Source: Patescibacteria group bacterium
GTDB taxonomy: Bacteria; Patescibacteriota; Gracilibacteria; Peribacterales; Peribacteraceae
Direction of reading: 5' to 3'
DNA: 64,000 nt
Assembly (NCBI GenBank): GCA_023263945.1
Contig: JALQTW010000004.1
Span: 3,095-67,094, forward strand
The notes beneath the pieces were generated by a model, which saw nothing but the letters and a program-made list of their open reading frames with translations, was not told the origin of the DNA and ran no database searches. Below are positions 8,073 to 18,906 of the stretch, in pieces; position 1 is the first letter of the stretch, and each line of letters opens with the position of its first letter. A program made the translations under genes and the position numbers.

Positions 8073-9281
8073 TTACGAGCGGCTAGAACGCTTTGCCTTC
8101 ACAGAAAGTGAGGGGAGAAGCCCGCCAAACGCCATAAAGAGCAGCACAATGTAAACAATCCATCCCAGAATGGGGATGATCATAAGGAGCTTCAGTCCAA
8201 TGACAATCAGGAAGCTCACCAGGAAGTAGATCCACATATTCCATGGTGTTCGGTTTCTTGTCTCTATCCATCGTGTGAGTATCATGGCCGAGATTACGGT
8301 TCCAAAAACCCACGAGAAGATATAGAGGAAGAGCGTGAAGAGCGCGAGTGGAATTCCAATGAGGGTGACGAAGAGGAGCAGAATGAGAACGGGCGTTACT
8401 GCAACGTAGAGGAAGCCAATGAGGAGAGACCACCAGGGCTCAGCACGCACACGATCTCCCGCACGCTTGAACAGAGGTCTGGCAAGGAGGAGAAAAAGAA
8501 GCAGAATGAGAGCAGAAGAAAGGAGCGAGTACACACCAAACACAACGGCTAGTGCGCCTCCTGCAACGGCAGCTTGTTCCCACGTATCTGAATTCACCTT
8601 GGGGCCCAACGTGGTATCAAACTCTGCAGTAGCGTCTCTCTCCAGAGTAGGAGCAAAATCTGTTTCTCCTTCTTTTGTCCAATACCGAACATTCTCTGCA
8701 AAAGAAGCATTCTCTCTCAAGGAAAGATTTTGAATGGCAAGAATCGACTCTCCGTTGATAGTCCCGTTTAGGGTTGCTTTCTCCGCATGAATTTCGGCAG
8801 GTCCTTGCACACTCCCTCCTAGCGTCACGTCTCCTCCATAGATCTTGAGTGATTTTCCCACCTGAGCATCCATGACAATCGTTCCTCCAAAAATCATCAC
8901 ATCACCATCAATCACTGCGCCGGATGCAACGAAAATTTGTCCGCCTGCCACAATGAGATCTCCTTCTATATGTGCAGAAATGGTGACAGTCCCTCCTGCA
9001 ACACGCGCACTCTGCGTGACCGTTCCTTCTATGTTCACCTGACCACCTGCAGCCTGCAACGTATTGCCCACCGTACTGTCTATCTGTACGTTACTTCCTG
9101 CAACAAGAAGATCGCCCGATACATTTTCCTCTATGTGGATCGTTGTACCTGCCACGTAGAGGTTATCGTTCACGGGAACCGTGACATTCACAAATTCCGC
9201 CTGCTGAAAGGTGGCAGCATGCACAGGAGTGGCGACTATTACCATGACAAGAGTCAGCACAACAGAAGAAAAGTGACGCAT
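8073..9281 (-). CDS. Membrane protein with bactofilin-like beta-helix repeats and multiple C-terminal TM helices
   Basis: Signal peptide, repeated VxGDLxVAGGxVxI units, hydrophobic C-terminal half. Confidence 0.8.
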   Translation of the reverse strand: MRHFSSVVLTLVMVIVATPVHAATFQQAEFVNVTVPVNDNLYVAGTTIHIEENVSGDLLVAGSNVQIDSTVGNTLQAAGGQVNIEGTVTQSARVAGGTVTISAHIEGDLIVAGGQIFVASGAVIDGDVMIFGGTIVMDAQVGKSLKIYGGDVTLGGSVQGPAEIHAEKATLNGTINGESILAIQNLSLRENASFAENVRYWTKEGETDFAPTLERDATAEFDTTLGPKVNSDTWEQAAVAGGALAVVFGVYSLLSSALILLLFLLLARPLFKRAGDRVRAEPWWSLLIGFLYVAVTPVLILLLFVTLIGIPLALFTLFLYIFSWVFGTVISAMILTRWIETRNRTPWNMWIYFLVSFLIVIGLKLLMIIPILGWIVYIVLLFMAFGGLLPSLSVKAKRSSRS

Positions 9282-9394
9282 AGAGAGGGTGAGAAAGAAT
9301 GCTAAGCATACCCTTTTCTTGCTCTTTTTCTATCACATTTTTATCAGGAGTTGGAAATCATGTGCTACACTACGCACTTCTTTCCTTCCGGGTA

Positions 9395-10387
9395 ATGCGT
9401 GGACTTCACCTGTTTCTTCTTATGCCTTTCCTTCTTTCTGCGTGTGTGCAAGAAGAAATACAGAGTATCGCATCAACGTCATCATCGCGTTCTTCTGCAG
9501 CGTCGTCACTTGAACAATTGCCAAGCGAGCTAAGTATCCCTCACTTTGCATCTATGACTCTTTCTGGAAGCCATCTCACGCTCGACCGCGTTTTGGATCA
9601 AAACGCTGCGTACACGCGGTATCACATTTCGTATCGGAGCAATGGACTCCTCATCACGGGGATCATGAATATTCCAAGTGGCTCTGGATCCTTCCCTCTT
9701 CTTATTTTGAATCACGGATACATCGATCCAAAAGTTTACACGAATGGAAAGGGACTGAAACGTGAGCAAGATTACTTGGCTCGTCATGGGTTTGCCGTCC
9801 TTCATACGGACTACCGGGGTCATGCTGAGTCCGACGAAAGCCCCATGACAGCGAAAGTCTATGATGGAAATCTGGAATATGCGATGGATAGCGTGAATGC
9901 CATTCTTGCCGCTCAGGAAGCCAAGATTCCACATGTCGATACATCAAAAATAGGCATGATGGGTCACTCGCTTGGTGGAGGTGTGACACTCGCGGTTCTC
10001 ACAGGCCGACCTGGTCTTGTTGATGCAGCGGTCCTCTATGCTCCCGTGCATGCCGATGTGTTTGAGAATTTCACGCGGTGGAGAAAAGAACGTGAAGAAG
10101 GAGACAGGACGATTGAAGAATTTGGAACACGGGAAACAAAACCGGAGATCTGGGATGCACTTTCTCCGCAGACATTTTTGAAAAGGATCGATATTCCGAT
10201 TCTTCTCTTTCAGGGATCAAACGATAAGGATGTTCCCAAAGCCTGGTCCGATGATCTTGCGAAGAGACTGACGAATCTTCAGAAGAACATCACGTATATT
10301 GAATACAGAGGTGAGGGCCATGAGTTTGGATTCATGTGGAATGATTTCATGCAGAAAATAGTTGCCTTCTTTCAAGAAAATTTATGA
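9395..10387 (+). CDS. Alpha/beta-hydrolase (S9 peptidase-like) lipoprotein
   Basis: Lipobox LLSAC, LNHGY, DYRGH, GHSLGG nucleophile elbow, GSNDKDV, GEGHEF. Confidence 0.85.
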   Translation: MRGLHLFLLMPFLLSACVQEEIQSIASTSSSRSSAASSLEQLPSELSIPHFASMTLSGSHLTLDRVLDQNAAYTRYHISYRSNGLLITGIMNIPSGSGSFPLLILNHGYIDPKVYTNGKGLKREQDYLARHGFAVLHTDYRGHAESDESPMTAKVYDGNLEYAMDSVNAILAAQEAKIPHVDTSKIGMMGHSLGGGVTLAVLTGRPGLVDAAVLYAPVHADVFENFTRWRKEREEGDRTIEEFGTRETKPEIWDALSPQTFLKRIDIPILLFQGSNDKDVPKAWSDDLAKRLTNLQKNITYIEYRGEGHEFGFMWNDFMQKIVAFFQENL

Positions 10388-10537
10388 TGATGGACACCCG
10401 GAAATACCGGGTTCAAACGTGAGACCATCAATTTCTTCGTGAATGAAACTCGTCGTCGTGACAACAGGATTCACGGTATCCGTCGGTTCACTTTCTTGCG
10501 CAGAATCAGCAGACACCAATTGATCGATGGATGACAT
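10382..10537 (-). CDS. Possible 51-aa acidic small protein (MSSIDQLVS...GISGCPSS)
   Basis: Open frame filling the intergenic gap, TACACT hexamer 8 nt before ATG; not in the ORF track. Confidence 0.35.
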   Translation of the reverse strand: MSSIDQLVSADSAQESEPTDTVNPVVTTTSFIHEEIDGLTFEPGISGCPSS

Positions 10538-10571
10538 CAATCAACAGTGTATGCCTTTTGGATGAAATACA

Positions 10572-11171
10572 CTATTTCCCGATAATCCACCGATACACCG
10601 CTGCAGCAATCACACCGCCAAGCAGAGGGCCGACTAAATAGGGAAGAGACCACGCACCAACACCAAAGGCAACGGCAGGATTCACAATGCCGTTTCCCAT
10701 GGAGGAGGCAAGAAGTGCTCCCAAAAACAGAGCTGTTCCAACCGTGAGTCCTGTGGATGTTTCCTTTGCCATCCCGTAGACAACGGCAGAAACACCGGTA
10801 ACAAGAACGCCGGCACCCAGCGCTTCACCAACACCAGTCACAAGGGAATTCTGTGCGGGAACATTGGGAAGAATGCCGCCAAGAAGGAGGAAGAGTTCCA
10901 GCGCGAACACAGCGCCAACAATCTGGGCAATGATATATTTTACCGTGACGAGGGGTTTCATCTTACCAACGCTCCAAAGCCCAATAGTCACAGCAGGGTT
11001 CACCTGCGCACCACTGACGGGGCCAATAACGTACACCAGGAAACCAAGTGTAATGCCTGCAAGGAGGGGAGTTGGAACAGGAAGGGAATGCGTGAGGGCG
11101 ATAAGGACTGTAAAAGTGAGGAAGGCTGTTCCAAGCACTTCAGCACCATACGTCTGAAAGGAGTTCTTCAT
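10572..11171 (-). CDS. Aquaporin / MIP channel
   Basis: AEVLGT, SGAQVNPAV, YIIAQIVGA, second NPA, GPLLGG. Confidence 0.92.
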   Translation of the reverse strand: MKNSFQTYGAEVLGTAFLTFTVLIALTHSLPVPTPLLAGITLGFLVYVIGPVSGAQVNPAVTIGLWSVGKMKPLVTVKYIIAQIVGAVFALELFLLLGGILPNVPAQNSLVTGVGEALGAGVLVTGVSAVVYGMAKETSTGLTVGTALFLGALLASSMGNGIVNPAVAFGVGAWSLPYLVGPLLGGVIAAAVYRWIIGK

Positions 11172-11573
11172 AGAAAAAAGGGGGATTGAGGAGGAGGATT
11201 TCCACTATTGTATCCTGTCCTATCCCCCACAAAAAAGAGGATTTGGAAGAAATGGGATTTCCTATAAATCGACTATTCTGCATTGTCCTCACAGAAAAGC
11301 AAGGTGATAAAAAAGATGATTCGTCAATGTCCTTGCAGGAACGTCAAAGACAATGAAGAGCTCTTGAGAAAATGGCTCATTTCTGCTATAATTCTTTGAT
11401 GAGTGAAATGCCAAATGACAGAGGTCAAATGCCAAACAATTCTCAAAATCTAAAACCAAGAACCAATAACTAATCAACCCGCCTTCGCCCCTTCGGGGAC
11501 TTCGGCGGGCAGGCCAATCAACTAATCAACCAATCAACTTCTCATTACTTCTAAAACAAACACTCACAAACCC

Positions 11574-12767
11574 ATGTCATTACATACCCTCATGTTCGGA
11601 TGGGAATATCCTCCTGCTCACTTAGGTGGACTGGGCGTTGCATGTCAGGGAATTGTACGGGGGTTATTGCATCATGGTGCCGAAGTCACACTTGTTCTTC
11701 CGCATGACGAGGGAGTGGAAGATGGTGTTCGCGTTATTCACCCCACAAGTGAAGGACCAGTGATTCGCGTTCCAAGTGCCCTGAAGCCGTACGATTCTTT
11801 CACAAGTTTTTCTTCGCGCAGGACGTTCTCTTCCAGTGGTATCGATCAACTCTACGGTTCCAACCTTGGTGATGAAGTGGAACGCTTCACAAATATGGCA
11901 GTAGACATGACGAAGGATCTGCATCCGGATATTATTCATGCTCATGACTGGATGACATTTGAAGCAGCGCGCAGAAGTGCGGAGTATCACAACAAGCCTT
12001 TCGTTGCGCACATTCATGCAACGGAGCTAGATCGTACAGAATACAACCCCCACCCGTGGATCTTTGAAAAAGAATTGGAAGGGCTTCTTGCTGCAGATCA
12101 CATCATTACGGTGAGTAATTACACGAAGCAGCTTCTTATCCGGGAATACGGTATTCGTGAGGACAAGGTGACGGTGTTGCATAACGGCACATCGGAGCAA
12201 CCTTTGTCGCAGCCTATTGCAATGCATCATAAGAGACATCCCCTTGTTCTTTTTCTGGGACGCTTAACGGTACAGAAGGGGGCGAAATACTTCCTCAAAG
12301 CTGCGCAGGCTGTAGTCAAGGCAATGCCGGCTGCACGTTTTGTGATTGCAGGAGACGGGTACCTTCTTCCGGAATTGATCAACGATTCTATTGATATGGA
12401 TCTTGCTGACCATGTCATGTTTGCGGGCAAGGTTTGCTCGGAGGAAGCGATGAAGCTCTACCAAAAGGCGAGTTGCTTTGTGATGCCATCGGTCTCCGAA
12501 CCCTTTGGACTTGTTGCACTAGAAGCCATTACGCATGGTGCACCGGTGATCCTCAGTAAGCAATCGGGTGCGAGTGAAGTAGTACACAATGCACTGACGG
12601 TCGATTTTTGGGATACGGAAAAAATGGCAGATTGCATCCTCACGGTTCTTCGCGAAGAACCACTCCAGAACGAAATGAGAAGTCACAGCCCGGCGATCCT
12701 GCGAAGGCTCACATGGAACAACCAAGCGAGGAAGATGATCGATCTTTACAAAAAAATTATGCAATAG
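11574..12767 (+). CDS. GT4 glycosyltransferase (glycogen synthase-like)
   Basis: GWEYPP..GGLG, HAHDW, HIHATE, PSVSEPFGLVALEA. Confidence 0.9.
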   Translation: MSLHTLMFGWEYPPAHLGGLGVACQGIVRGLLHHGAEVTLVLPHDEGVEDGVRVIHPTSEGPVIRVPSALKPYDSFTSFSSRRTFSSSGIDQLYGSNLGDEVERFTNMAVDMTKDLHPDIIHAHDWMTFEAARRSAEYHNKPFVAHIHATELDRTEYNPHPWIFEKELEGLLAADHIITVSNYTKQLLIREYGIREDKVTVLHNGTSEQPLSQPIAMHHKRHPLVLFLGRLTVQKGAKYFLKAAQAVVKAMPAARFVIAGDGYLLPELINDSIDMDLADHVMFAGKVCSEEAMKLYQKASCFVMPSVSEPFGLVALEAITHGAPVILSKQSGASEVVHNALTVDFWDTEKMADCILTVLREEPLQNEMRSHSPAILRRLTWNNQARKMIDLYKKIMQ

Positions 12768-12815
12768 TCACTAGCCACTAGCCTCTAGTCCCTCCTTAAC
12801 ACTCCTAAAACCAAC

Positions 12816-14162
12816 ATGAAACCTTCCATCTGCTTTTACTTCCAGGTCCACCAGCCATATCGCCTCCGCGATGTGCGGATCCACGATATTGGCGAAATGG
12901 ATGCAGAGACATACTTTGATGAAGACAAGAACCGCGCCATTTTCCGCAAAGTTGCAGAGAAATGCTATCTTCCTGCAAATGCACTCATGCTGAAACTCAT
13001 CAAGAAATATCCGGAGTTTCACATAAGCTATTCACTCTCTGGTGTTTTCTTAGACCAATGTAAGGCGTATGGCCCTGACGTTCTGGAGTCCTTTAAAAAA
13101 CTAGCGAAGACTGGCAATGTCGAATTTTTATGTGAAACATACTACCACTCGCTTTCATCACTTTCCTCTACAGAAGAGTTCTGTACGCAGGTACAAAAGC
13201 ATGCGGACGCCATAGAAACAATTTTTGGTGTCCGTCCACAGATCTTCCGCAATACAGAGCTCATCTATTCCAATGAATTGGCACACATTGTGCGTCAGCT
13301 TGGGTTTAAGGGAATGCTGGCTGAAGGCGCAGATCATGTCCTTCACGATCGTTCCCCCAATGTGCCCTACGTTCCTCCCGTGTTTCGTTTGCCACGAGAA
13401 TCGGAAGCGATCATCCGCAAATATCGCATTCATCCTACATCCGAACGTTCTATCAAAATTCTCCTGAAGAATTACAAACTGTCCGATGACGTTGCCTTCC
13501 GTTTTTCAGATCGTTCGTGGGTTGGCTTCCCACTCCACAGTGATACGTTTACACACTGGCTCACGTCCTCCGGTGGTCACAGTATCAATCTCTTCATGGA
13601 TTACGAAACATTTGGAGAACACCAGTGGGCAGATACCGGTATTTTCTCGTTCTTGGAAGCACTTCCCAAACAGTGGAAGCAAGAGGGGATTGAAGCAAAG
13701 ACACCTTCTGAAGTGCTCTCTTCCTGGGGCAAGAAACCGTGCGATACGTTGGATGTTCACACACCGATGTCTTGGGCAGATTGTGAGCGAGATCTCTCTG
13801 CATGGCGAGGAAATAATTTACAGGAAGCCATGTTCAAGAGGCTGTACGATCTTGAGAAACTCGTTCGCGTGGCGGAAGATCCTCTTCTCACAGAAACATG
13901 GAGAAAACTCCAAACGTCCGATCATTTTTACTACCTCTGTACGAAGTATTGGAGCGATGGAGACGTGCATAAATATTTCAGTCCCTATGACTCACCCTAT
14001 GAAGCGTACCGAAGATTATCTCATGTCATTGAAGATCTTCGGATGAAACTTGAGGATCGGGTTGAAACAATCAAAATACCCGTTGTTCCGGAAGAATCGC
14101 GGGAAGCATCCCGCGCTATTTCTACAAAAAAGAAACCAAAAACTAATCAACTAATCAACTAA
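12816..14162 (+). CDS. GH57 alpha-amylase
   Basis: FQVHQPYRL, ETYYHS, FRNTELIY, FMDYETFGEH, QTSDHFYY. Confidence 0.92.
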   Translation: MKPSICFYFQVHQPYRLRDVRIHDIGEMDAETYFDEDKNRAIFRKVAEKCYLPANALMLKLIKKYPEFHISYSLSGVFLDQCKAYGPDVLESFKKLAKTGNVEFLCETYYHSLSSLSSTEEFCTQVQKHADAIETIFGVRPQIFRNTELIYSNELAHIVRQLGFKGMLAEGADHVLHDRSPNVPYVPPVFRLPRESEAIIRKYRIHPTSERSIKILLKNYKLSDDVAFRFSDRSWVGFPLHSDTFTHWLTSSGGHSINLFMDYETFGEHQWADTGIFSFLEALPKQWKQEGIEAKTPSEVLSSWGKKPCDTLDVHTPMSWADCERDLSAWRGNNLQEAMFKRLYDLEKLVRVAEDPLLTETWRKLQTSDHFYYLCTKYWSDGDVHKYFSPYDSPYEAYRRLSHVIEDLRMKLEDRVETIKIPVVPEESREASRAISTKKKPKTNQLIN

Positions 14163-14176
14163 TCAACTTTTCTCCC

Positions 14177-16234
14177 ATGCCTCGCTCCCTCGTCCTCGGT
14201 AACGGCTCCCTCCTTGCAACGTTCGACCAGAACTTGCTGCTGCGCGATCTGTATTACCCCTACGTTGGCTCCGAAGACCATACGACGTACGGCAATGTGC
14301 ATAAGGTTGGATTCCTGGTTGAAGGAAAAGGATTCTCCTGGCTGGATGATGGCTCCTGGACTATCACTCCGGCTTATACACCCCGTTCTCTGGTTGGCGC
14401 ATCCTCATTAAAGAATCAAAAACTGGGATTGGAAATTCTCTCCGAAGATTTCGTGGATCCTCTGAAGACGATTCTCATCCGATCGTTTACGTTGCGATCA
14501 TTGGACGGTAAGGAACATCGCGTACAGTGTTTCTTCCACCACGATTTCCATCTCTATGGTGATAAACAAAAAGATACTGCGTTCTACGAACCGCATACGA
14601 AGAGCGTTGTGCACTATCGCTCCAAACGGTACTTCCTCATTGGTGGGACAACGAGTGATCCTGTCACGTGCATTCCAAGTCAGCCGCTCAATGAATTCCA
14701 CCCGCTCTACGAGCGCGAAGATCACATCGACCATTGCGGCATTGTTTCCTTCTCTATTGGAAAGGCAAAATACCGTGGCTTAGAGGGAACGTGGCGCGAT
14801 GCGGAAGATGGAGTGTTGGCACGAAGTCCCATTGAACAGGGTTCGGTCGATTCCACCGTGGAAATTGATTGTTTGATTCACCCTGATCGACCAACGTCAC
14901 TTTCTCTGTGGCTCTGTGCGGGAAAGACGCTGGATGAAGTGCATGATCTCCAGCACATGATTTTGGAAGAAACACCGGAGCAGCTTAAGAAATCTGCTAT
15001 CAACTATTGGCGTGGATGGCTGAATGCACATGATCATCACGAAGGAATGCCAGACGAACTGACAAAGTTGTATGAAGACAGCCTTCTCATCATCCGTTCA
15101 CAAACGGATAACCATGGAGGCATCGTGGCGGCGAACGATAGCGACATCATGGCTTTTAATCGTGATACGTATACCTACGTCTGGCCCCGCGATGGCGCAC
15201 TGGTGTCTACCGCTCTCACCATGTCTGGCCAGAGTGAGGCGGTGCAAAAATTCCTCACATTTTGTTCTTCGGTTGCAACGCCCGAAGGGTATTTGCTGCA
15301 TAAATACAATCCTGATGGATCAGTAGGATCCTCCTGGCACCCCTGGTACAATGCAGGACAACTGCAACTGCCTATCCAATGCGATGAAACGGCGCTCCCA
15401 ATTTCGGCAGTGTGGCAACACTTTGAACGCTATCAAGATTTTGAATTCCTCCACCAGATGTATCATGGTTTTGTGAAGAAAGGGGCGGATTTCCTTTTGC
15501 AGTATACCGATCCCGTAACACATCTGCCTCTTCCTAGTTACGATTTATGGGAAGAAAAGCGCGCGGTCACTACATTCACAACGGCAGCGACGGTCGCGGC
15601 GCTTCGCGATAGCGCACGGATTTCGTTGGCACTGGGACACCATCGTCATGCTGATAGATACCAAGAAGCAGCAGATGCGATGCAACAGGCGTTCTTGTTC
15701 CATTTGTATGATGAAAAAGAGCAGTGTTTCCTGAAAAAGCTCGATCTCTATCACGGTGAGATCATGAACCGCGATACAACGCCCGACATGAGCATCAGCG
15801 CCGTGTGGATGTTTGGTATTTTGCCCGCCAACGATCCGCGTGTGGTCTCCACCATGCAGCGGTTGGCTTCTCTCCTTCTTGTTCGCACACCGATCGGCGG
15901 TTTTGCCCGCTACAAAAATGATGTGTATCAGCTTACAGAAAAATTGAGCGATGCTCTTCCGGGAAATCCTTGGATCATCACAACGCTCTGGTATGCGCAG
16001 TGGCAGATTGCGTACGCAACGACACTCACAGAGCTGGAGGAACCCCTTGCGTGGCTAAAGTGGGTAAAGTCCCATGCGTCCTCCAGCAATATTCTTCCGG
16101 AGCAGCTTCATCCCATAAGCGGTGCACCAGTCTCCGTTGCCCCTCTCACATGGAGCCATGCGGAGTACGTTCGAACCTATCTTATGTATGTAAAGAAAAA
16201 GATCTCTCTTCAAGAAGACACGAAGAAGAATTGA
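14177..16234 (+). CDS. GH15 glucoamylase-family glycoside hydrolase
   Basis: YVWPRDG, QCDET, DLWEE, LPEQ, PLTWSHAEY. Confidence 0.92.
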   Translation: MPRSLVLGNGSLLATFDQNLLLRDLYYPYVGSEDHTTYGNVHKVGFLVEGKGFSWLDDGSWTITPAYTPRSLVGASSLKNQKLGLEILSEDFVDPLKTILIRSFTLRSLDGKEHRVQCFFHHDFHLYGDKQKDTAFYEPHTKSVVHYRSKRYFLIGGTTSDPVTCIPSQPLNEFHPLYEREDHIDHCGIVSFSIGKAKYRGLEGTWRDAEDGVLARSPIEQGSVDSTVEIDCLIHPDRPTSLSLWLCAGKTLDEVHDLQHMILEETPEQLKKSAINYWRGWLNAHDHHEGMPDELTKLYEDSLLIIRSQTDNHGGIVAANDSDIMAFNRDTYTYVWPRDGALVSTALTMSGQSEAVQKFLTFCSSVATPEGYLLHKYNPDGSVGSSWHPWYNAGQLQLPIQCDETALPISAVWQHFERYQDFEFLHQMYHGFVKKGADFLLQYTDPVTHLPLPSYDLWEEKRAVTTFTTAATVAALRDSARISLALGHHRHADRYQEAADAMQQAFLFHLYDEKEQCFLKKLDLYHGEIMNRDTTPDMSISAVWMFGILPANDPRVVSTMQRLASLLLVRTPIGGFARYKNDVYQLTEKLSDALPGNPWIITTLWYAQWQIAYATTLTELEEPLAWLKWVKSHASSSNILPEQLHPISGAPVSVAPLTWSHAEYVRTYLMYVKKKISLQEDTKKN

Positions 16235-16301
16235 GAATTTGGAATCTAGATTCTCAATTCAAAATTCTCAATTCTTACATCCACACTCATATCAGCTTTC
16301 C

Positions 16302-17186
16302 ATGACTCCTACTCGCCACTCCATCATCGGCATCGATCTCGGTGGCACCAAAATAGCCATTGCACGGTTTGATGAGAAGACGATGGAACGTCTGGACATG
16401 AAGATTATCGAAACGCCTAAGACATCGTACGAAGAAGTAGAAGTCGCAGTGCTGGATGTCATCGATTCCATGAAAACAGCCGATACAATCGGCATTGGCA
16501 TTGGCGTGCCGGGACTTGTTGATCGTGCATCGGGTGTGATTAAAACTATGCCGAATATTCCGGGGAGTGAAAATCGTGATCTTGCAACGATCATAAAGAA
16601 AGAAACAGGATTATCTGTTGTTATCGCAAACGATGCAGGATGTTTTGCGCTTGCAGAAGCCATTTTTGGAGCAGGAAAGGATCATCGCGTTGTTATTGGA
16701 ATCACCATGGGTACGGGCGTTGGCGGAGGAATCGTGATTGATCAAAAACTCTTCACGGGCGCACACGGTTTTGCGGGAGAAATTGGGCACATGCTCTTGA
16801 AGCCGGGGGAACCCCCGTATCCTACAAAAGATCTGCGCGGTGACGTTGAGCAATTTCTCTCGGGTACAGCCATGGGGAGGCGCTGTAACAGCGCGAAAAA
16901 ACCGCAGGACTACCTGGAAGGAGAGGTCTGCGAATGGATGCGCCCGGAGATCTTCCGTGAAGTTGCATGGATGATCACATCACTCACGCATGTCATCGAT
17001 CCCGACATCATCGTCTTTGGAGGTTCCGCTGGTCGCGCACTCAAGCCACATGTGGAAGAGATCAAAAAAGAATTGAAGCAGTGGATGCTTCCAGGTTCAT
17101 CCATCCCGGAACTTGCTATTGGATATCTGGATGATGCAGCGGTGAGGGGGGCTGCGATGCTTATGGATACAAAGTGTCAAAACTAA
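16302..17186 (+). CDS. ROK-family sugar kinase (glucokinase-like)
   Basis: GIDLGGTK, GIGVPG, NDAGCFALAE, GTGVGGG, AGEIGH. Confidence 0.9.
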   Translation: MTPTRHSIIGIDLGGTKIAIARFDEKTMERLDMKIIETPKTSYEEVEVAVLDVIDSMKTADTIGIGIGVPGLVDRASGVIKTMPNIPGSENRDLATIIKKETGLSVVIANDAGCFALAEAIFGAGKDHRVVIGITMGTGVGGGIVIDQKLFTGAHGFAGEIGHMLLKPGEPPYPTKDLRGDVEQFLSGTAMGRRCNSAKKPQDYLEGEVCEWMRPEIFREVAWMITSLTHVIDPDIIVFGGSAGRALKPHVEEIKKELKQWMLPGSSIPELAIGYLDDAAVRGAAMLMDTKCQN

Positions 17187-17980
17187 CTTGGTGTGTAGCA
17201 TTCCATTTGTTGATTGCAAGCTCTTCCTTCCCCGCAATCAGTATCTTGCGTACAGTCAACGCATGTATTTTTTCCGTCAACATTGAGACAGAAATTGTTG
17301 CAACTTTGCAAACCCCAACCGCACTTCTCGCAATATCCATTTATGCAAAAGCTTCCCATGCATTGATCGTGATTATCACATTCTTCTCCTTGTCCTCTTT
17401 CTCCACAAAAAACACCACCAAGCTTTGTTTTGCACACTTTATGCAACGTGCAAAAACACCTGTCGCATCCAACACCGAAACCGGCATTGTCACAATCAGG
17501 CAAGGCAGGATCCTCACATTTGCAGATACTTCCGTCAATGCCACACACCTTTTTTGGAGGGCATTGACCACCGCACTGCAAACCTGGCTTTGTAAGATCG
17601 TCGCCGCAATTCTTTTGTGAAGATTGCGATGAAGACGAGCTAGAAGATGATTCTGTCCTACAGGTACAGCTCAACTCAGAACTCTTACACACACTATTAG
17701 ATGGACAAGAGCCGCCACAGACATTGTTCAGCCATCCGCACGGTTTTTCCGATGAACTAGAATTTCCTCCTGAAGATCCACCAAAGCTTCCTCCGTTTGA
17801 TCCTGCAATAGAACCTCCTTCTGGTATACATTCATTTGCAGAACACTCCTGTCCTGATGGACATGAACACGTTCCCGCTTGACACGATTTCCCGTCAACA
17901 GGGCATGTCGGAGGATTCGTGCATGCAACAACAGCAGCAACGAGGAAAAGTGCGGGGATGAAGCGACGCATTTGCACCAT
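17183..17980 (-). CDS. Cys-rich lipoprotein with Ser/Gly linkers
   Basis: Lipobox VVAC, many Cys-rich mini-repeats, AGGAGG upstream of ATG. Confidence 0.75.
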   Translation of the reverse strand: MVQMRRFIPALFLVAAVVACTNPPTCPVDGKSCQAGTCSCPSGQECSANECIPEGGSIAGSNGGSFGGSSGGNSSSSEKPCGWLNNVCGGSCPSNSVCKSSELSCTCRTESSSSSSSSQSSQKNCGDDLTKPGLQCGGQCPPKKVCGIDGSICKCEDPALPDCDNAGFGVGCDRCFCTLHKVCKTKLGGVFCGERGQGEECDNHDQCMGSFCINGYCEKCGWGLQSCNNFCLNVDGKNTCVDCTQDTDCGEGRACNQQMECYTPS

Positions 17981-18010
17981 CGTACCTCCTGGCAGGTTTT
18001 CCGGTCAATG

Positions 18011-18811
18011 TTATCGTTGCCATGCAGCTTTCTCACACGTACGAACAACAGGTCCTTCCATTTTTGCCTCCAGCCCAAAGACCTCATCCTTGAATTCACG
18101 CTGATCAACATCGTTGAATGTCCAACGCCCCATAAGGTTTGATGTTATAGAGCCACCTGTTGCCAGCGTTGTAATATCGCCAGAGTTCAAAACAGAAGCA
18201 TAGGCTCGAAGTTCCTGAATGGAACCATTGAAGCGCTGTGTTTTTCTGCCTCCAAGAAGAAGGTTGCCCCACTCATTCTGAATTTCCGCGCTCAGGTCAC
18301 TCTTTGCCGTTACAGAAACTTCTTTCGCATCAATGTACATCTTCACGCCGGTTGCTTTCAAACTTCCATCATACGTGACTGCAATGTGATGAATGTTGTT
18401 ATCCGAAACAACAGCGGAGCTCACTGCTGCCAGTGCACTGGATTGTCCTTTCAGTTCAAAGACCAGTTTTCCGTCCTGCAAACCAACGCGCCCACCAACA
18501 CCTTCCACACTGATCTTCGAAATGATATCGGCATTCTTATCTCCAGATTTCATCCAGAAAGAATAAGAGAGAGGAATCTTTCCGTTCAAAAGTCCGTTTG
18601 GTACACCATAGACGCGCACTTGTCCGCCGCCGCGCGTGAATGTAAGTGTGCCGACTTTTCCATCAGTGCATGCTACCGGTGTACGAGGTTTGAATTTCCC
18701 AAGTAGACTTCCGCTTCCGGCAAAAGAAGAGGCAAAAACTGCAAGAAGAATTGCACCGAGCAGCATGGCAATCAGTGGCCATTGCACAGAAAGGGATGTT
18801 TGTTTCTTCAT
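18011..18811 (-). CDS. LamG/concanavalin A-like domain membrane-anchored protein
   Basis: N-terminal TM, SYSFWMK, HHIAVTYDG, MYIDA, FNGSIQELRAY. Confidence 0.8.
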   Translation of the reverse strand: MKKQTSLSVQWPLIAMLLGAILLAVFASSFAGSGSLLGKFKPRTPVACTDGKVGTLTFTRGGGQVRVYGVPNGLLNGKIPLSYSFWMKSGDKNADIISKISVEGVGGRVGLQDGKLVFELKGQSSALAAVSSAVVSDNNIHHIAVTYDGSLKATGVKMYIDAKEVSVTAKSDLSAEIQNEWGNLLLGGRKTQRFNGSIQELRAYASVLNSGDITTLATGGSITSNLMGRWTFNDVDQREFKDEVFGLEAKMEGPVVRTCEKAAWQR

Positions 18812-18906
18812 GTGTATGTTTGGAAGATACCTTTTATTATAGCAGAAAAGACAACTTTTCTCAAATGACGATATCAGCTCAAAAGCCTCTTAAAGCTCTT
18901 TTCAGG

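Noticed and set aside
11574..17186. GT4-GH57-GH15-ROK operon as a novel system
   Set aside because: Familiar alpha-glucan metabolism arrangement; listed under features only
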